Assembly: GCA_035710025.1 (NCBI GenBank) | Contig: DASTEB010000441.1 | Location: 1-35,447 of the forward strand | Length of the DNA stretch: 35,447 nucleotides | Source of the DNA: Chloroflexia bacterium | GTDB lineage: Bacteria; Chloroflexota; Chloroflexia; QHBQ01; JADMIH01 | Direction: 5' to 3' | Part shown: piece after piece, positions 1 through 7,852 of the stretch | How the letters are laid out: each line of letters begins with the position of its first letter | How positions within the stretch are numbered: the stretch's first letter is position 1 | The notes under the pieces: model-generated | Told to the model about the DNA's origin: nothing | The model's input: the letters and a program-made list of their open reading frames with translations, nothing else | Database searches by the model: none | Translations under genes and position numbers: made by a program

Positions 1-1568
1 GTCACGATACCCCACGAAAAGGCGAGCCGGTCGCCCCGGAAGCTGTACTGGTGAGGCATGAACCTGTCGCGCGCAAGGAAGTATGACAGGCGTGGGAAGT
101 CGGCAAAGGCGGTATTGGCCGCCAGCACCAGGATCAAGGCAGTTGCCACCTGGATGAGAACCCACAGCACGCCCGAACCAAACACGGTGCGTGCAATCTG
201 CGACACGACTGTCTCCTGCTCGCTCGGAAGCACGCCAAGCTGGAACGCAAGGTAAGTGATGCCGAGGAACATCGTGATCGAGATAACTGCCATGTAGATC
301 AGCGTGCGCCTGGCGTTCAGCGCCTCGGGCGGCTTGAAGGCGGGAACGCCGTCGGCAATGGCCTCGACGCCGGTCAGGGCCGCGGCGCCCTGCGTGAACG
401 CTCTCATGAGCAGCACGATGTCGAGCGCAACCAGCGTTTCGGGGTGGATTATCTCTGCGGGGGCAACATACTCCATTTCGCCGCCGATGCCGAAGAAAAG
501 CCGGGCCGCTCCGAACACCAGCATGGCGAGTATTCCGAAGATGAACAGGTAGGTCGGCACGGCAAAGATGTTGCCCGCCTCGCGCAGGCCGCGCAGGTTC
601 GCTATCGTCACGAACGCGATCACAGCGAGACAGATCTCGACCCGATACGGCTTCAAATCCGGATACAGCGAGTAGATGGCCGCAATACCGGCCGCCACAC
701 TCACCGCGACCGTGAGTATGTAACCGATAAGGATTGAGGAGGCAGCGGCGAGGCCGGGAAGCGTGCCGAGGTTGTCCTTCGCGACGATGTACGTCCCGCC
801 GCCTCTCGGGTACGCCGCGATCGTCTGCCTGTACGACGACACGACGATGACCATCAGCACCGCCACGGCTCCCGCAAGAGGCATTGCCCAGACAAGCGCA
901 GCTGCGCCCGCCAAAATGAGGATGCGCAGGATTTCTTCAGTTGCATAGGCCACCGACGACAGCGCGTCCGATGAGAGAACGGCAAGGGCCTTGACGTTGG
1001 TCAGGCGCTCATGCAGCGACTGCTCGGTGCTAAGCGGTGTGCCGATGAGTACGCGCTTGACGGTACGCCAGAAGCGCCCGTATGCGCTCCTGGGCGTCCC
1101 CGCTTCGATAGAGGCTGCAAGCACACCTCCGCCCTTGCGCCTGAACGGGCCGACATTTCGCCCATAGCGCACGTACCGGTCGCCGGGGTGACTGCCGTGT
1201 ACGACTTCTTGCGTGCGCAGATCGGACTTAACTCTGTGGGGCGCGGCGGTCGGAGTCACCGACTCGCCGGAAGGCGCAGCCAGTGTCGTGGGCCCGGTGG
1301 TGTCCGGCGCCCGCGCCTCGGTAGTCTCCTGTGATTGGGGCGCCTCGGGTTGAGCCAGTGTACTCGGCTCCAGAGGGCCTGTCGCGTCGCGCGCCGGCCC
1401 CCGGTGATGGACGATGCGCACCTCGTGCTTGTGGGTGCCCTCGGCCCGCTTCGACCGGCTGCCGGTCTGGTTGCCTTCGGCGTCCTGTGACCTGCCGTCC
1501 TGGCGCGCGTCGTCCTCGGGAACCTCCCGTTCCGACGGTGTCTCTTCGTCAGCTGTGCTGTCGTCCAA
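1..1568 (-). CDS. APC-superfamily amino acid permease (3' end runs off the window; 5' end uncertain)
   Basis: Absent from the ORF track because its stop lies left of position 1. My reverse-strand translation (codon first bases at positions = 2 mod 3) is open from 1595 down to 1. It reads ...GDRYVRYGRNVGPFRRKGG...RFWRTVKRVLIGTPLSTEQSLHERLTNVKALAVLSSDALSSVAYATEEILRILILAGAAALVWAMPLAGAVAVLMVIVVSSYRQTIAAYPRGGGTYIVAKDNLGTLPGLAAASSILIGY...FMPHQYSFRGDRLAFSWGIV. Candidate starts are TTG 1568 (GAGG about 11 nt upstream) or GTG 1421. Confidence 0.8.
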   Translation of the reverse strand, partial: MDDSTADEETPSEREVPEDDARQDGRSQDAEGNQTGSRSKRAEGTHKHEVRIVHHRGPARDATGPLEPSTLAQPEAPQSQETTEARAPDTTGPTTLAAPSGESVTPTAAPHRVKSDLRTQEVVHGSHPGDRYVRYGRNVGPFRRKGGGVLAASIEAGTPRSAYGRFWRTVKRVLIGTPLSTEQSLHERLTNVKALAVLSSDALSSVAYATEEILRILILAGAAALVWAMPLAGAVAVLMVIVVSSYRQTIAAYPRGGGTYIVAKDNLGTLPGLAAASSILIGYILTVAVSVAAGIAAIYSLYPDLKPYRVEICLAVIAFVTIANLRGLREAGNIFAVPTYLFIFGILAMLVFGAARLFFGIGGEMEYVAPAEIIHPETLVALDIVLLMRAFTQGAAALTGVEAIADGVPAFKPPEALNARRTLIYMAVISITMFLGITYLAFQLGVLPSEQETVVSQIARTVFGSGVLWVLIQVATALILVLAANTAFADFPRLSYFLARDRFMPHQYSFRGDRLAFSWGIV

Positions 1569-1595
1569 TTTCGCTGCGGCCTCAGTGATTACGAG

Positions 1596-2519
1596 TTATG
1601 AAGTTCTCTGGAGCAGGCTCCGCGAAAGTAGCACGAGGTTCGCGGGACGCTCCGCCATGCGGCGCATGAAGTACGAGTACCATTCGGTGCCATACGGTAC
1701 GTAGACTCGCATATTGTATCCTTGTTTGACAAGCTCGATGTGTAGCTCGGGCCTGACCCCGTTCAGCATCTGGAATTCGAACCGCGACGGCTCGATGCCC
1801 TTCGACGCGGAGTAGCGCTGCGTAAACGAGATCAGGCGCGAATCGTGGGTCGCGATGGCCGGGTAATTGCCCTCGCGGAGCAGGATCGTCGTGAGCTTGG
1901 CGAAGTTCGCGTCCACGTCGGCTTTCTTAGGGAAGGCAATCTCTTCCGGCTCGTTGTACGCGCCCTTGCACAGGCGAACCCGCACTCCCTCCGCGTTCAT
2001 CTCACGCACATCGCGCTCGGTGCGGTAGAGATAGGCCTGAAGCACCACACCCACATTGCGGTAGCCATCGGTGTGCCACAGCCTGCGGAACAGGTCGAGC
2101 GTGCGGTCGGTGTATGCCGAGCTTTCCATGTCGATACGAACAAAGTTGTCAGTATCCCGCGCTCTCGCGCAGATGCGTTCGACGTTACGGTAGCAAAGCT
2201 CCTCGTCCACGTCCATGCCCATCTGCGTCAGCTTGAGCGATACGTTGGAGTCGAGGCGCGCCTCGGCGATTGCGTTCAGGATGTCAATATAGGAGTCCGC
2301 CGCGGCAACGGCTTCGTCGTGCGTGGTGACGTTCTCACCGAGGTGGTCGAAGGTAGTCTTGATGCCTTTGGCGTTGAGGGTGCGGATGACCGAGACTGCC
2401 TGGGGCAACGTATCGCCCGCGATGAAGCGCGATGCGAGCTTTCGGGCGGCGCGATTGCTCGTCGCGACGTTCTTAAGCTCATTGCTGTTGGCGAGCGTAA
2501 GGAAAGTCTGTCGAAGCAC
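1596..2519 (-). CDS. proline dehydrogenase (monofunctional ProDH, PutA-type TIM barrel)
   Basis: 307-aa ORF with GTG start at 2519 and AGGAG 9 nt upstream. Family-typical stretches: FDHLGE, VSLKLTQMG, VRIDMESS, GVVLQAYL, VRLCKGAY, AIATHD, FEFQMLNGVR, YVPYGTEWYSYFMRRMAERPAN. Confidence 0.9.
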   Translation of the reverse strand: MLRQTFLTLANSNELKNVATSNRAARKLASRFIAGDTLPQAVSVIRTLNAKGIKTTFDHLGENVTTHDEAVAAADSYIDILNAIAEARLDSNVSLKLTQMGMDVDEELCYRNVERICARARDTDNFVRIDMESSAYTDRTLDLFRRLWHTDGYRNVGVVLQAYLYRTERDVREMNAEGVRVRLCKGAYNEPEEIAFPKKADVDANFAKLTTILLREGNYPAIATHDSRLISFTQRYSASKGIEPSRFEFQMLNGVRPELHIELVKQGYNMRVYVPYGTEWYSYFMRRMAERPANLVLLSRSLLQRTS

Positions 2520-2587
2520 GGGGAAGTCTCCTGCGACGCTGCGGAGGTGGTGAGGATTGCCGGATCTACCGGCCTATGGATCCGGTC

Positions 2588-3220
2588 CTAAGGAACCGCT
2601 GCGTACCCGCCGGGCACGGCGGGCTCTGGAGCTTGCGAGATTGGCTCGGGCGTCTTGAGAGGGTCCTTCTCAGTCCAGACGGCGTCCGGGTAAACCTGCC
2701 AGTCGTTGAATTCGCCGACGTCGGTGGACACTACCTCTATGGTGGCGCTTTCGCCGGGGGCAAGCCCCTCCTCGCTGTAGAAGTTGCCCACGCCGCTCCC
2801 GACGATTATCGTGCGCCCGGGGTTGCCGGGGTCGGGGCCGAAGAAGAGCACCTTCACGCTTGCGTTGAGCACCTTGGACGGCTCAGGCGCGGGCGTCGGC
2901 GCGCCGGGAGTGGGCGTTCCCTGCGCCAGGGGCGCCTGCAGGACGTTGTTGGTCACCCTCACCTGCACCGTCACCTGCTCACCGTCACGCACCGGCTCGC
3001 CCACCTTCTCCACCTGCAACCCCACGGCGTGGGGCACGCTGGGCGTCACCGCGCCAAGCGGAGGCTCAGCGCGCGCAAACGGCCCGATAGGGAAGAGCGC
3101 CACGAACATTGTCAAGAGAGTGATCACCAGTACTGCCGCGACGATTAGCCACGTAACCGGGCTGGCCTTGCGGCTAGGAGCCGGACGCCTCTTGGCGACG
3201 TCACCGGGTGCTGCGGACAA
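2588..3220 (-). CDS. hypothetical single-pass membrane protein (basic cytoplasmic tail, one TM helix, Pro-rich linkers, beta-rich ectodomain)
   Basis: 210-aa ORF with TTG start at 3220 preceded by AGGAGG (8-nt spacing). One hydrophobic helix, WLIVAAVLVITLLTMFVALFPIG. No family recognised. Confidence 0.6.
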   Translation of the reverse strand: MSAAPGDVAKRRPAPSRKASPVTWLIVAAVLVITLLTMFVALFPIGPFARAEPPLGAVTPSVPHAVGLQVEKVGEPVRDGEQVTVQVRVTNNVLQAPLAQGTPTPGAPTPAPEPSKVLNASVKVLFFGPDPGNPGRTIIVGSGVGNFYSEEGLAPGESATIEVVSTDVGEFNDWQVYPDAVWTEKDPLKTPEPISQAPEPAVPGGYAAVP

Positions 3221-3327
3221 TGGAGATTCCTCCTGGATGGGATGCGCGAAGCCACCTGAACACAGAACGCGGCGGCAAGCACGATACCTTGCGCGACCCG
3301 TGCGTGAATAGCGGCGGCAACGCGCCC

Positions 3328-3356
3328 ATTATAGCACCGCGCACGCACGCACACAA
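3328..3356 (-). promoter_or_regulatory. sigma70-type promoter with extended -10 (TTGTGT-17-TGcTATAAT) for the membrane protein / ProDH / permease unit
   Basis: Minus strand reads TATAAT at 3333..3328, preceded by TGC (extended -10). TTGTGT lies at 3356..3351 with a 17-nt spacer. It sits in the 221-nt gap upstream of the 3220 start. Confidence 0.45.
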
Positions 3357-3441
3357 GCACGCAGCATTGGCCCGAACCTTAATAATGCGTGAAGAGCGAG
3401 GGCTTGCGCACGGCGCGTCCGGTCAGTCCGGATGGACCCTA

Positions 3442-4239
3442 TCAGGAAGCGTCGGCCCGCGAATGGGCGGCAAGCTCGCGCAGGCGCCTGATGACGCGCT
3501 CTGCGCGAGCTTCGGTCAGTTGCGCGAGCGTTCCCACGCCCAGGCTCTCGCAAAGCTCGGCCACTTCCATGCCGGACCTTCCCGCCAGGCGGCTGATCTC
3601 GCGCCACTGCTCCGGCGTGCACAGTCCTTCCTGCGCCGTTGGAAGCTTGACCGGCTCGTGCTCGACCACGCGTTCTCTGCGCGGCTCGCTCCGGGCCTGC
3701 GGCGGAGCGGCCGGGGCGTCCTCGGTATCGTAAGGGCGGTCGCGCCCGTACAAGTCAAGCCCAATGCCGAGCAGCGAAGCACATTTCTTCAGCGCGTCAG
3801 ACGCAGCGGCCTTGTAGTCGTCGGCTATCGAGAGGGGCCGCCCACTCCGGGGCCCCGAGGCGTGGCGCTTGATCTCGGCGCCTCCGAACTGCGTCTTCAC
3901 AATTGTCTGGCCGCCGGGCGTGCGTACAGTGAGCCTCGCCTCAACGATAACCTCGTCGTCCAGGATCTGCTTGTCGGTGACCTCGAAGTCCCAGTTGAAG
4001 CCGAAGACGAGGTTGAGCCGCTCGGTCACGTAGCCGTGCTCGACGTAGGAGAACTGCAGCCCGCCCCGCCCCTGGCGCGTCTTGATCTCGTGCTTTGGCG
4101 TGCGCTGGAGCAGGAAGTCTACCTGGGCCTCGTTGAGCGTCTGCATGAGCAGCTGGTGACGGGGGTCGCGCTCGAGCGCCGAAGACTCGACCGGCACAAT
4201 GTCACCCTTGAAAACGTTCTGCTGGCCCGATTCGTCCAT
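3442..4239 (-). CDS. Rad52/Rad22-family single-strand annealing protein (DdrA-like) with an extra C-terminal helical region
   Basis: 265-aa ORF. N-terminal 170 aa carry Rad52-fold signatures: KTRQGRGGLQFSYVEHGYVTERLNLVFGFNWDFEV, then beta-hairpin region EARLTVRTPGGQTIVKTQFG, then DYKAAASDALKKCASLLGIGLDLYG. The last stretch is close to the KAAASDAMKRCA..FGIGRYLY segment I recall from Deinococcus DdrA. Confidence 0.75.
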   Translation of the reverse strand: MDESGQQNVFKGDIVPVESSALERDPRHQLLMQTLNEAQVDFLLQRTPKHEIKTRQGRGGLQFSYVEHGYVTERLNLVFGFNWDFEVTDKQILDDEVIVEARLTVRTPGGQTIVKTQFGGAEIKRHASGPRSGRPLSIADDYKAAASDALKKCASLLGIGLDLYGRDRPYDTEDAPAAPPQARSEPRRERVVEHEPVKLPTAQEGLCTPEQWREISRLAGRSGMEVAELCESLGVGTLAQLTEARAERVIRRLRELAAHSRADAS

Positions 4240-4275
4240 GGATACTCTCGCTTTCTAAGTAACGCGGATACCCTC

Positions 4276-4304
4276 ATCGTAGCACATTTGTTCTAAGCGC
4301 GCAA
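4276..4304 (-). promoter_or_regulatory. promoter TTGCGC-17-TGcTACGAT of the Rad52-like gene; spacer holds a GAAC-N4-GTGC palindrome
   Basis: Minus strand: TTGCGC (4304..4299), 17-nt spacer GCTTAGAACAAATGTGC, TACGAT (4281..4276). TG lies one base upstream of the -10. About 36 nt of leader precede the ATG at 4239. Confidence 0.55.
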
Positions 4305-4314
4305 CCCCTGCAAC

Positions 4315-4494
4315 CTACTTCTTGCGCTTGACTTTGCGCACGCGCTTGCCGCCGAGGCTGGTCTTTCGCTCTACCTCGAACGCTACCAGGCTATCACCTG
4401 CCCGAGGACTGTGGTAGCGCACGCCCATGTATTTGGAGTTGATGCGCTTGCGGCGCTTTTCGTCCCGGCGGTCTGCCTTGTCAATTCGCGGCAT
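4315..4494 (-). CDS. small, highly basic hypothetical protein (59 aa), below the ORF-track length cut-off
   Basis: My translation: MPRIDKADRRDEKRRKRINSKYMGVRYHSPRAGDSLVAFEVERKTSLGGKRVRKVKRKK*. ATG at 4494, TAG at 4317..4315. 45 of 59 codons end in G/C, in line with the GC-rich third positions that coding frames of a GC-rich genome typically show. It fills an otherwise empty roughly 240-nt gap. Only a weak AAGGGA lies upstream. No family recognised. Confidence 0.4.
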   Translation of the reverse strand: MPRIDKADRRDEKRRKRINSKYMGVRYHSPRAGDSLVAFEVERKTSLGGKRVRKVKRKK

Positions 4495-4538
4495 TGTGGT
4501 TCCCTTGCTGCGCTGCCTGGTGGCGCATACACTGTGAT

Positions 4539-5792
4539 ATGTTCTCCGGTTTCAACGTTCACCCGTTACGAACAGTCCTCATAAACACGATCACGATTGC
4601 GGTTGCCTCGGGCCTGCTCGCCAACCGCAGGCGTCACCCTCCGCTTGCGCCGGCTCCCTGGCCCCGGGACAGGCTCGCTCCCTACGTCGAAATCATCGTA
4701 CCAGCGCGCGACGAAGAGCGCAATATCTCCCTTGTGCTGGACACACTCACGGACCAGAGCTACCCGCGTGGAAGCTGGGGCGTTACGGTCGTAGACGACC
4801 ACTCGACCGATGGCACGCGAACGATTGCGGAGCGATATGCTCACGCTCGACCGCACGTGCGCGTGATGGCGGCCCGCGATCTCCCCCAGGGCTGGACCGG
4901 CAAGAACAACGCGATCTATTCGGGCTTCCTGGCAGCGCCTCTACATGCCGTCTACCTGCTCTTCGTTGATGCCGACACCACAGTCGACAGGCATCTGCTG
5001 AGCACAATCGTAGCGGCCGCAGAGGCGCGAGACGCGGCCCTCATGAGTCTGGTGCTGGATGTGAGGCTCGAAACGTTCTGGCAGCGCCTGCTGGTCCCTC
5101 AAGTAGGCGAGATGTACGCGCTCCTCTGCGGCACAATGGACAACGTCAACCGCCAGGGAGATACGGCCGCTGCGAACGGGCAGTGCATGCTGGTCTCGTA
5201 TGACGCCTACTCCCGGCACGGCGCATCGCCCGGTGTGCGGGGCGACGTTGCCGAAGATCGCGCGCTGGCCGCCGCAATCAAGCGGAACAGCGGAACCATC
5301 CGCCTGGAGCACGGCGAGCGGCTGGGGAGCGTGGAGCCGTACAGAACCTTCGGCGAAGCCTGGGCCGGGTACTCCAAGACGCTCTACTGGGCCGCGGGAC
5401 GCGACACTCTACGAGCGCTCGCCGTCGTCACGGCCCTGGAGGTGTACGCCCATCTGCCCGTGTGGTCGCTCGTTCACGCTTTGCTCGACAGGGGCTACCC
5501 GCACCGCCGGTCGGCTCTGGGCAACGCGCCGCTGCAGCTGATCCCCATGCTGATCCTGCGGCTGGCGGTGTGCAGTCTGATGCGGATCCCGGCTCGCTAT
5601 GCCCTGTCCTACCCTCTGGCCGTGCTTGTAGGCAATGCAATGCTGCTCAACTCGCTGGTGCGGAGCAGGTCGAAGCAGGGCGTCAAGTGGAAGGGCAGAA
5701 GCTACGGCGGAAGGCAGAAAATTAAGGACAAACCCCGGCGGTTTGGGCGATCCGCCGGGGTTATCCCAAAGGAGGAAAGTTCTTCTGTATAG
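4539..5792 (+). CDS. family 2 glycosyltransferase (GT-A fold, membrane-associated)
   Basis: ORF 4494..5792. I prefer ATG 4539 (MFSGFNVHPLRTVLINTITIAVASGLLA = N-terminal TM) over the TTG at 4494. Motifs: VEIIVPARDEE, VTVVDDHSTDGT, QGWTGKNNA, LLFVDADT, GQCMLV, AEDRALA, plus C-terminal hydrophobic helices. Confidence 0.8.
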   Translation: MFSGFNVHPLRTVLINTITIAVASGLLANRRRHPPLAPAPWPRDRLAPYVEIIVPARDEERNISLVLDTLTDQSYPRGSWGVTVVDDHSTDGTRTIAERYAHARPHVRVMAARDLPQGWTGKNNAIYSGFLAAPLHAVYLLFVDADTTVDRHLLSTIVAAAEARDAALMSLVLDVRLETFWQRLLVPQVGEMYALLCGTMDNVNRQGDTAAANGQCMLVSYDAYSRHGASPGVRGDVAEDRALAAAIKRNSGTIRLEHGERLGSVEPYRTFGEAWAGYSKTLYWAAGRDTLRALAVVTALEVYAHLPVWSLVHALLDRGYPHRRSALGNAPLQLIPMLILRLAVCSLMRIPARYALSYPLAVLVGNAMLLNSLVRSRSKQGVKWKGRSYGGRQKIKDKPRRFGRSAGVIPKEESSSV

Positions 5793-5951
5793 CATAACGA
5801 AGCACCATCCCAATCGCTTCACTCGATTTCGAGCAATTTGCAGACTGATTTCGCCTATTGTTCCCGGCCACTTCCCCCGACGCCAATTCTCGGCTACACT
5901 GGAGCGGCAGCGGCATGCGCCCTGCTTGTAGCACACTGGAGGTATCACTTT

Positions 5952-7202
5952 ATGTCCGAGGCAAGTGGCTCTGCCGGGCAGTCATTGTTGGGCGGCGACG
6001 TGGTCGAGCGCCTGCGCTCAGAGTCGGCTGCTCTCACCGAGCCAATGGTCGAGTTTGCCCGCAAGCTGGTGCGCACGCCCAGCCTGCCGGGGCGCGAGCA
6101 GGAAGCCGCCCAGGTGATGCTTGCTGAGATGCAAGCGCTCGGCTTCGATGAGGCCCGCATCGATTCGGTCGGTAACGCCGTGGGCCTGGTGCGCGCGACG
6201 GCCCCCGAAAGAACGCCGAAGCGCATCCTTTTCAACGCGCACCTCGACCACGTGGACGTGGGCGACCCCGCCCGCTGGCCTCACCCTCCCTACGGCGGCG
6301 AAGTGGCCGACGGGTACATCTGGGGCCGCGCCACCAGTGACCTGAAAGGCTCAATCGCCGCCCAGGTGTACGCGCTCGCGCTGGCGAAGCGTGCGGGGCT
6401 GCCGCTGCCGAACGACCTGTACGTTTCGGGGGTGGTGCAAGAGGAGATCGGCGGGCACGGCAGCGACCTGCTGGCCGAGGAGTTGCCGGTAGACTACGTT
6501 GTCATCGGCGAGCCTTCGGAAAACCGCCTTGCGCTCGGACACAGGGGCCGGATCGAGATCCGAGTGAAGATCAGCGGCCAATCGGTCCACGCCAGCGTGC
6601 CGGGCGCCGGGGTGAACCCGCTTTATTCGCTGGGCCGCTTCCTCACCGCGCTCGAGAGCCTCTCCTTCGAACCCGACCCGAACCACCCGGCTCTTGGCCC
6701 AACCACCGTTGCGCCCACGCTGCTCTCGACCGACCAGACAAGCCCCAACGTTACCCCCGGCGAAGTGACTCTGGTCCTCGACGTTCGCAATACACCGGGA
6801 GACAGCCCTGACATGGTGCTGTCGCGCGTGCGCGAGCTCCTTGGCGCCTCGCTACTTCCTGGGGCCACCGGCGAGGCAGACATCCCGATCATCAGGATGG
6901 TGAGCTACACAGGCGTTGCGCGCGACTATCGCGTGCCGTCCGAGCCGTTCGGCATCAGCCCCGACCATCCGCTTGTCACGCAGGCAGGCGATGTGCTGTC
7001 CGTAGCGCTCGGCCGCCCCGTGGAGCGCATCTACTGGCGCTTCGCCACTGACGCGGGACATTTCGCGGCACGCGGCGTGCATGTAATCGGATTCGGCCCG
7101 GGCGCCGAAGAGGTCATCCACACGGTTAACGAGCGCATCTCAATCGACGCGATGGTCGAAGCGATGGTGTGCTATGCCGCTCTCGGCATCAGCCTGCGAT
7201 AA
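5952..7202 (+). CDS. M20-family metallopeptidase / deacylase (ArgE/DapE/YgeY-like)
   Basis: ATG 5952 with GGAGG 9 nt upstream; the track ORF starts at 5838 but that extension has no SD. Motifs: NAHLDHV, GRATSDLKG, SGVVQEEIGG, IGEPS, GHRGR, and a C-terminal H in IHTVNERI. Confidence 0.85.
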   Translation: MSEASGSAGQSLLGGDVVERLRSESAALTEPMVEFARKLVRTPSLPGREQEAAQVMLAEMQALGFDEARIDSVGNAVGLVRATAPERTPKRILFNAHLDHVDVGDPARWPHPPYGGEVADGYIWGRATSDLKGSIAAQVYALALAKRAGLPLPNDLYVSGVVQEEIGGHGSDLLAEELPVDYVVIGEPSENRLALGHRGRIEIRVKISGQSVHASVPGAGVNPLYSLGRFLTALESLSFEPDPNHPALGPTTVAPTLLSTDQTSPNVTPGEVTLVLDVRNTPGDSPDMVLSRVRELLGASLLPGATGEADIPIIRMVSYTGVARDYRVPSEPFGISPDHPLVTQAGDVLSVALGRPVERIYWRFATDAGHFAARGVHVIGFGPGAEEVIHTVNERISIDAMVEAMVCYAALGISLR

Positions 7203-7220
7203 TTACTTAGGAGTGCATAG

Positions 7221-7844
7221 ATGAGACTCGACCTGGAAACGGAGATCAGGTACCCCGACGGCAGGCGCGCTGGAGTCCTTAAGCGCGTCGTGGTGGACGA
7301 GAACGGGCGCGCAACCGCCGTAGCGATGGCCACCGACGAGATCATGTCGCGGACGCTGGTGGTGCCTGTGCACCACCTGTCCGAGATGCCCGGCGACGTT
7401 CTGACCATCAACCTCGACCACGCTGCCCTCGACACGCTCCAGCCTTACGAGGAAGAGCAAGTGCTTGCGGTGCCCGAGTCCTGGGAGTTCGACCCCGAGC
7501 CTGTTCCCGGCTCTGACGTCTTCCCGCGCACGTTCTACGACCCGCTCATGCCTGTGGTAGAGATGTCGAACCTCGGAGAAGGCGATACGGTAATCAGTCA
7601 GGGCACCGAAGTGCAGTGCCTCGATGGGCGCTGGGGCGTCGTCGACGAAGTGCTGACCGGCGAGGACGGGCAGATCACGGCGTTCGTCGTCAGGCCCGAC
7701 GCCACGACCGAGCACGACCGTCTCGTGCCTGTCTCGCTCGTCTCGCAGTATGCCCCCGACGTCGTCGTGCTCAATTGCACAACCTCGGACCTGGACGCCT
7801 ACACGGAAGAGATAGTGTCCGAAGCGGAAGAGCCTGAGGTCTAG
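7221..7844 (+). CDS. PRC-barrel-like domain protein (two tandem barrels, acidic tail)
   Basis: 207-aa ORF, AGGAG upstream, 18 nt after the M20 stop. The pattern G..V...DG..G.V..V......G.I...VV occurs twice (DGRRAGVLKRVVVDENGRATAVAM and DGRWGVVDEVLTGEDGQITAFVV). The family call is by pattern only. Confidence 0.55.
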   Translation: MRLDLETEIRYPDGRRAGVLKRVVVDENGRATAVAMATDEIMSRTLVVPVHHLSEMPGDVLTINLDHAALDTLQPYEEEQVLAVPESWEFDPEPVPGSDVFPRTFYDPLMPVVEMSNLGEGDTVISQGTEVQCLDGRWGVVDEVLTGEDGQITAFVVRPDATTEHDRLVPVSLVSQYAPDVVVLNCTTSDLDAYTEEIVSEAEEPEV

Positions 7845-7852
7845 CGCACCCC

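Noticed and set aside
1594-1600. ProDH stop codon and the permease frame are in the same reading frame, suggesting a possible read-through fusion
   Set aside because: A single TAA separates two unrelated protein families, and the downstream frame has plausible own starts (TTG 1568, GTG 1421). Nothing suggests programmed read-through.
58-1704. Seven plus-strand ORFs (58..255, 304..552, 444..737, 763..948, 1011..1334, 1331..1588, 1414..1704) at the left edge
   Set aside because: They lie antisense to, or out of frame with, a continuous minus-strand frame that translates into an unmistakable APC permease. Their products are Arg/Ala/Pro-rich low-complexity strings, typical of shadow ORFs in GC-rich DNA.
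2556-2581. Hairpin CCGGATC(12 nt)GATCCGG between the membrane-protein stop and the ProDH start, considered as a terminator
   Set aside because: There is no U-tract and no promoter between it and the ProDH start 40 nt away. It is more likely an intra-operon structure or chance, so it is not listed as a feature.
2588-5792. Prophage or mobile-element origin of the Rad52-like gene
   Set aside because: There is no integrase, recombinase, exonuclease, terminase, tRNA target, flanking direct repeats or obvious compositional shift. The neighbours are ordinary metabolic and envelope genes.
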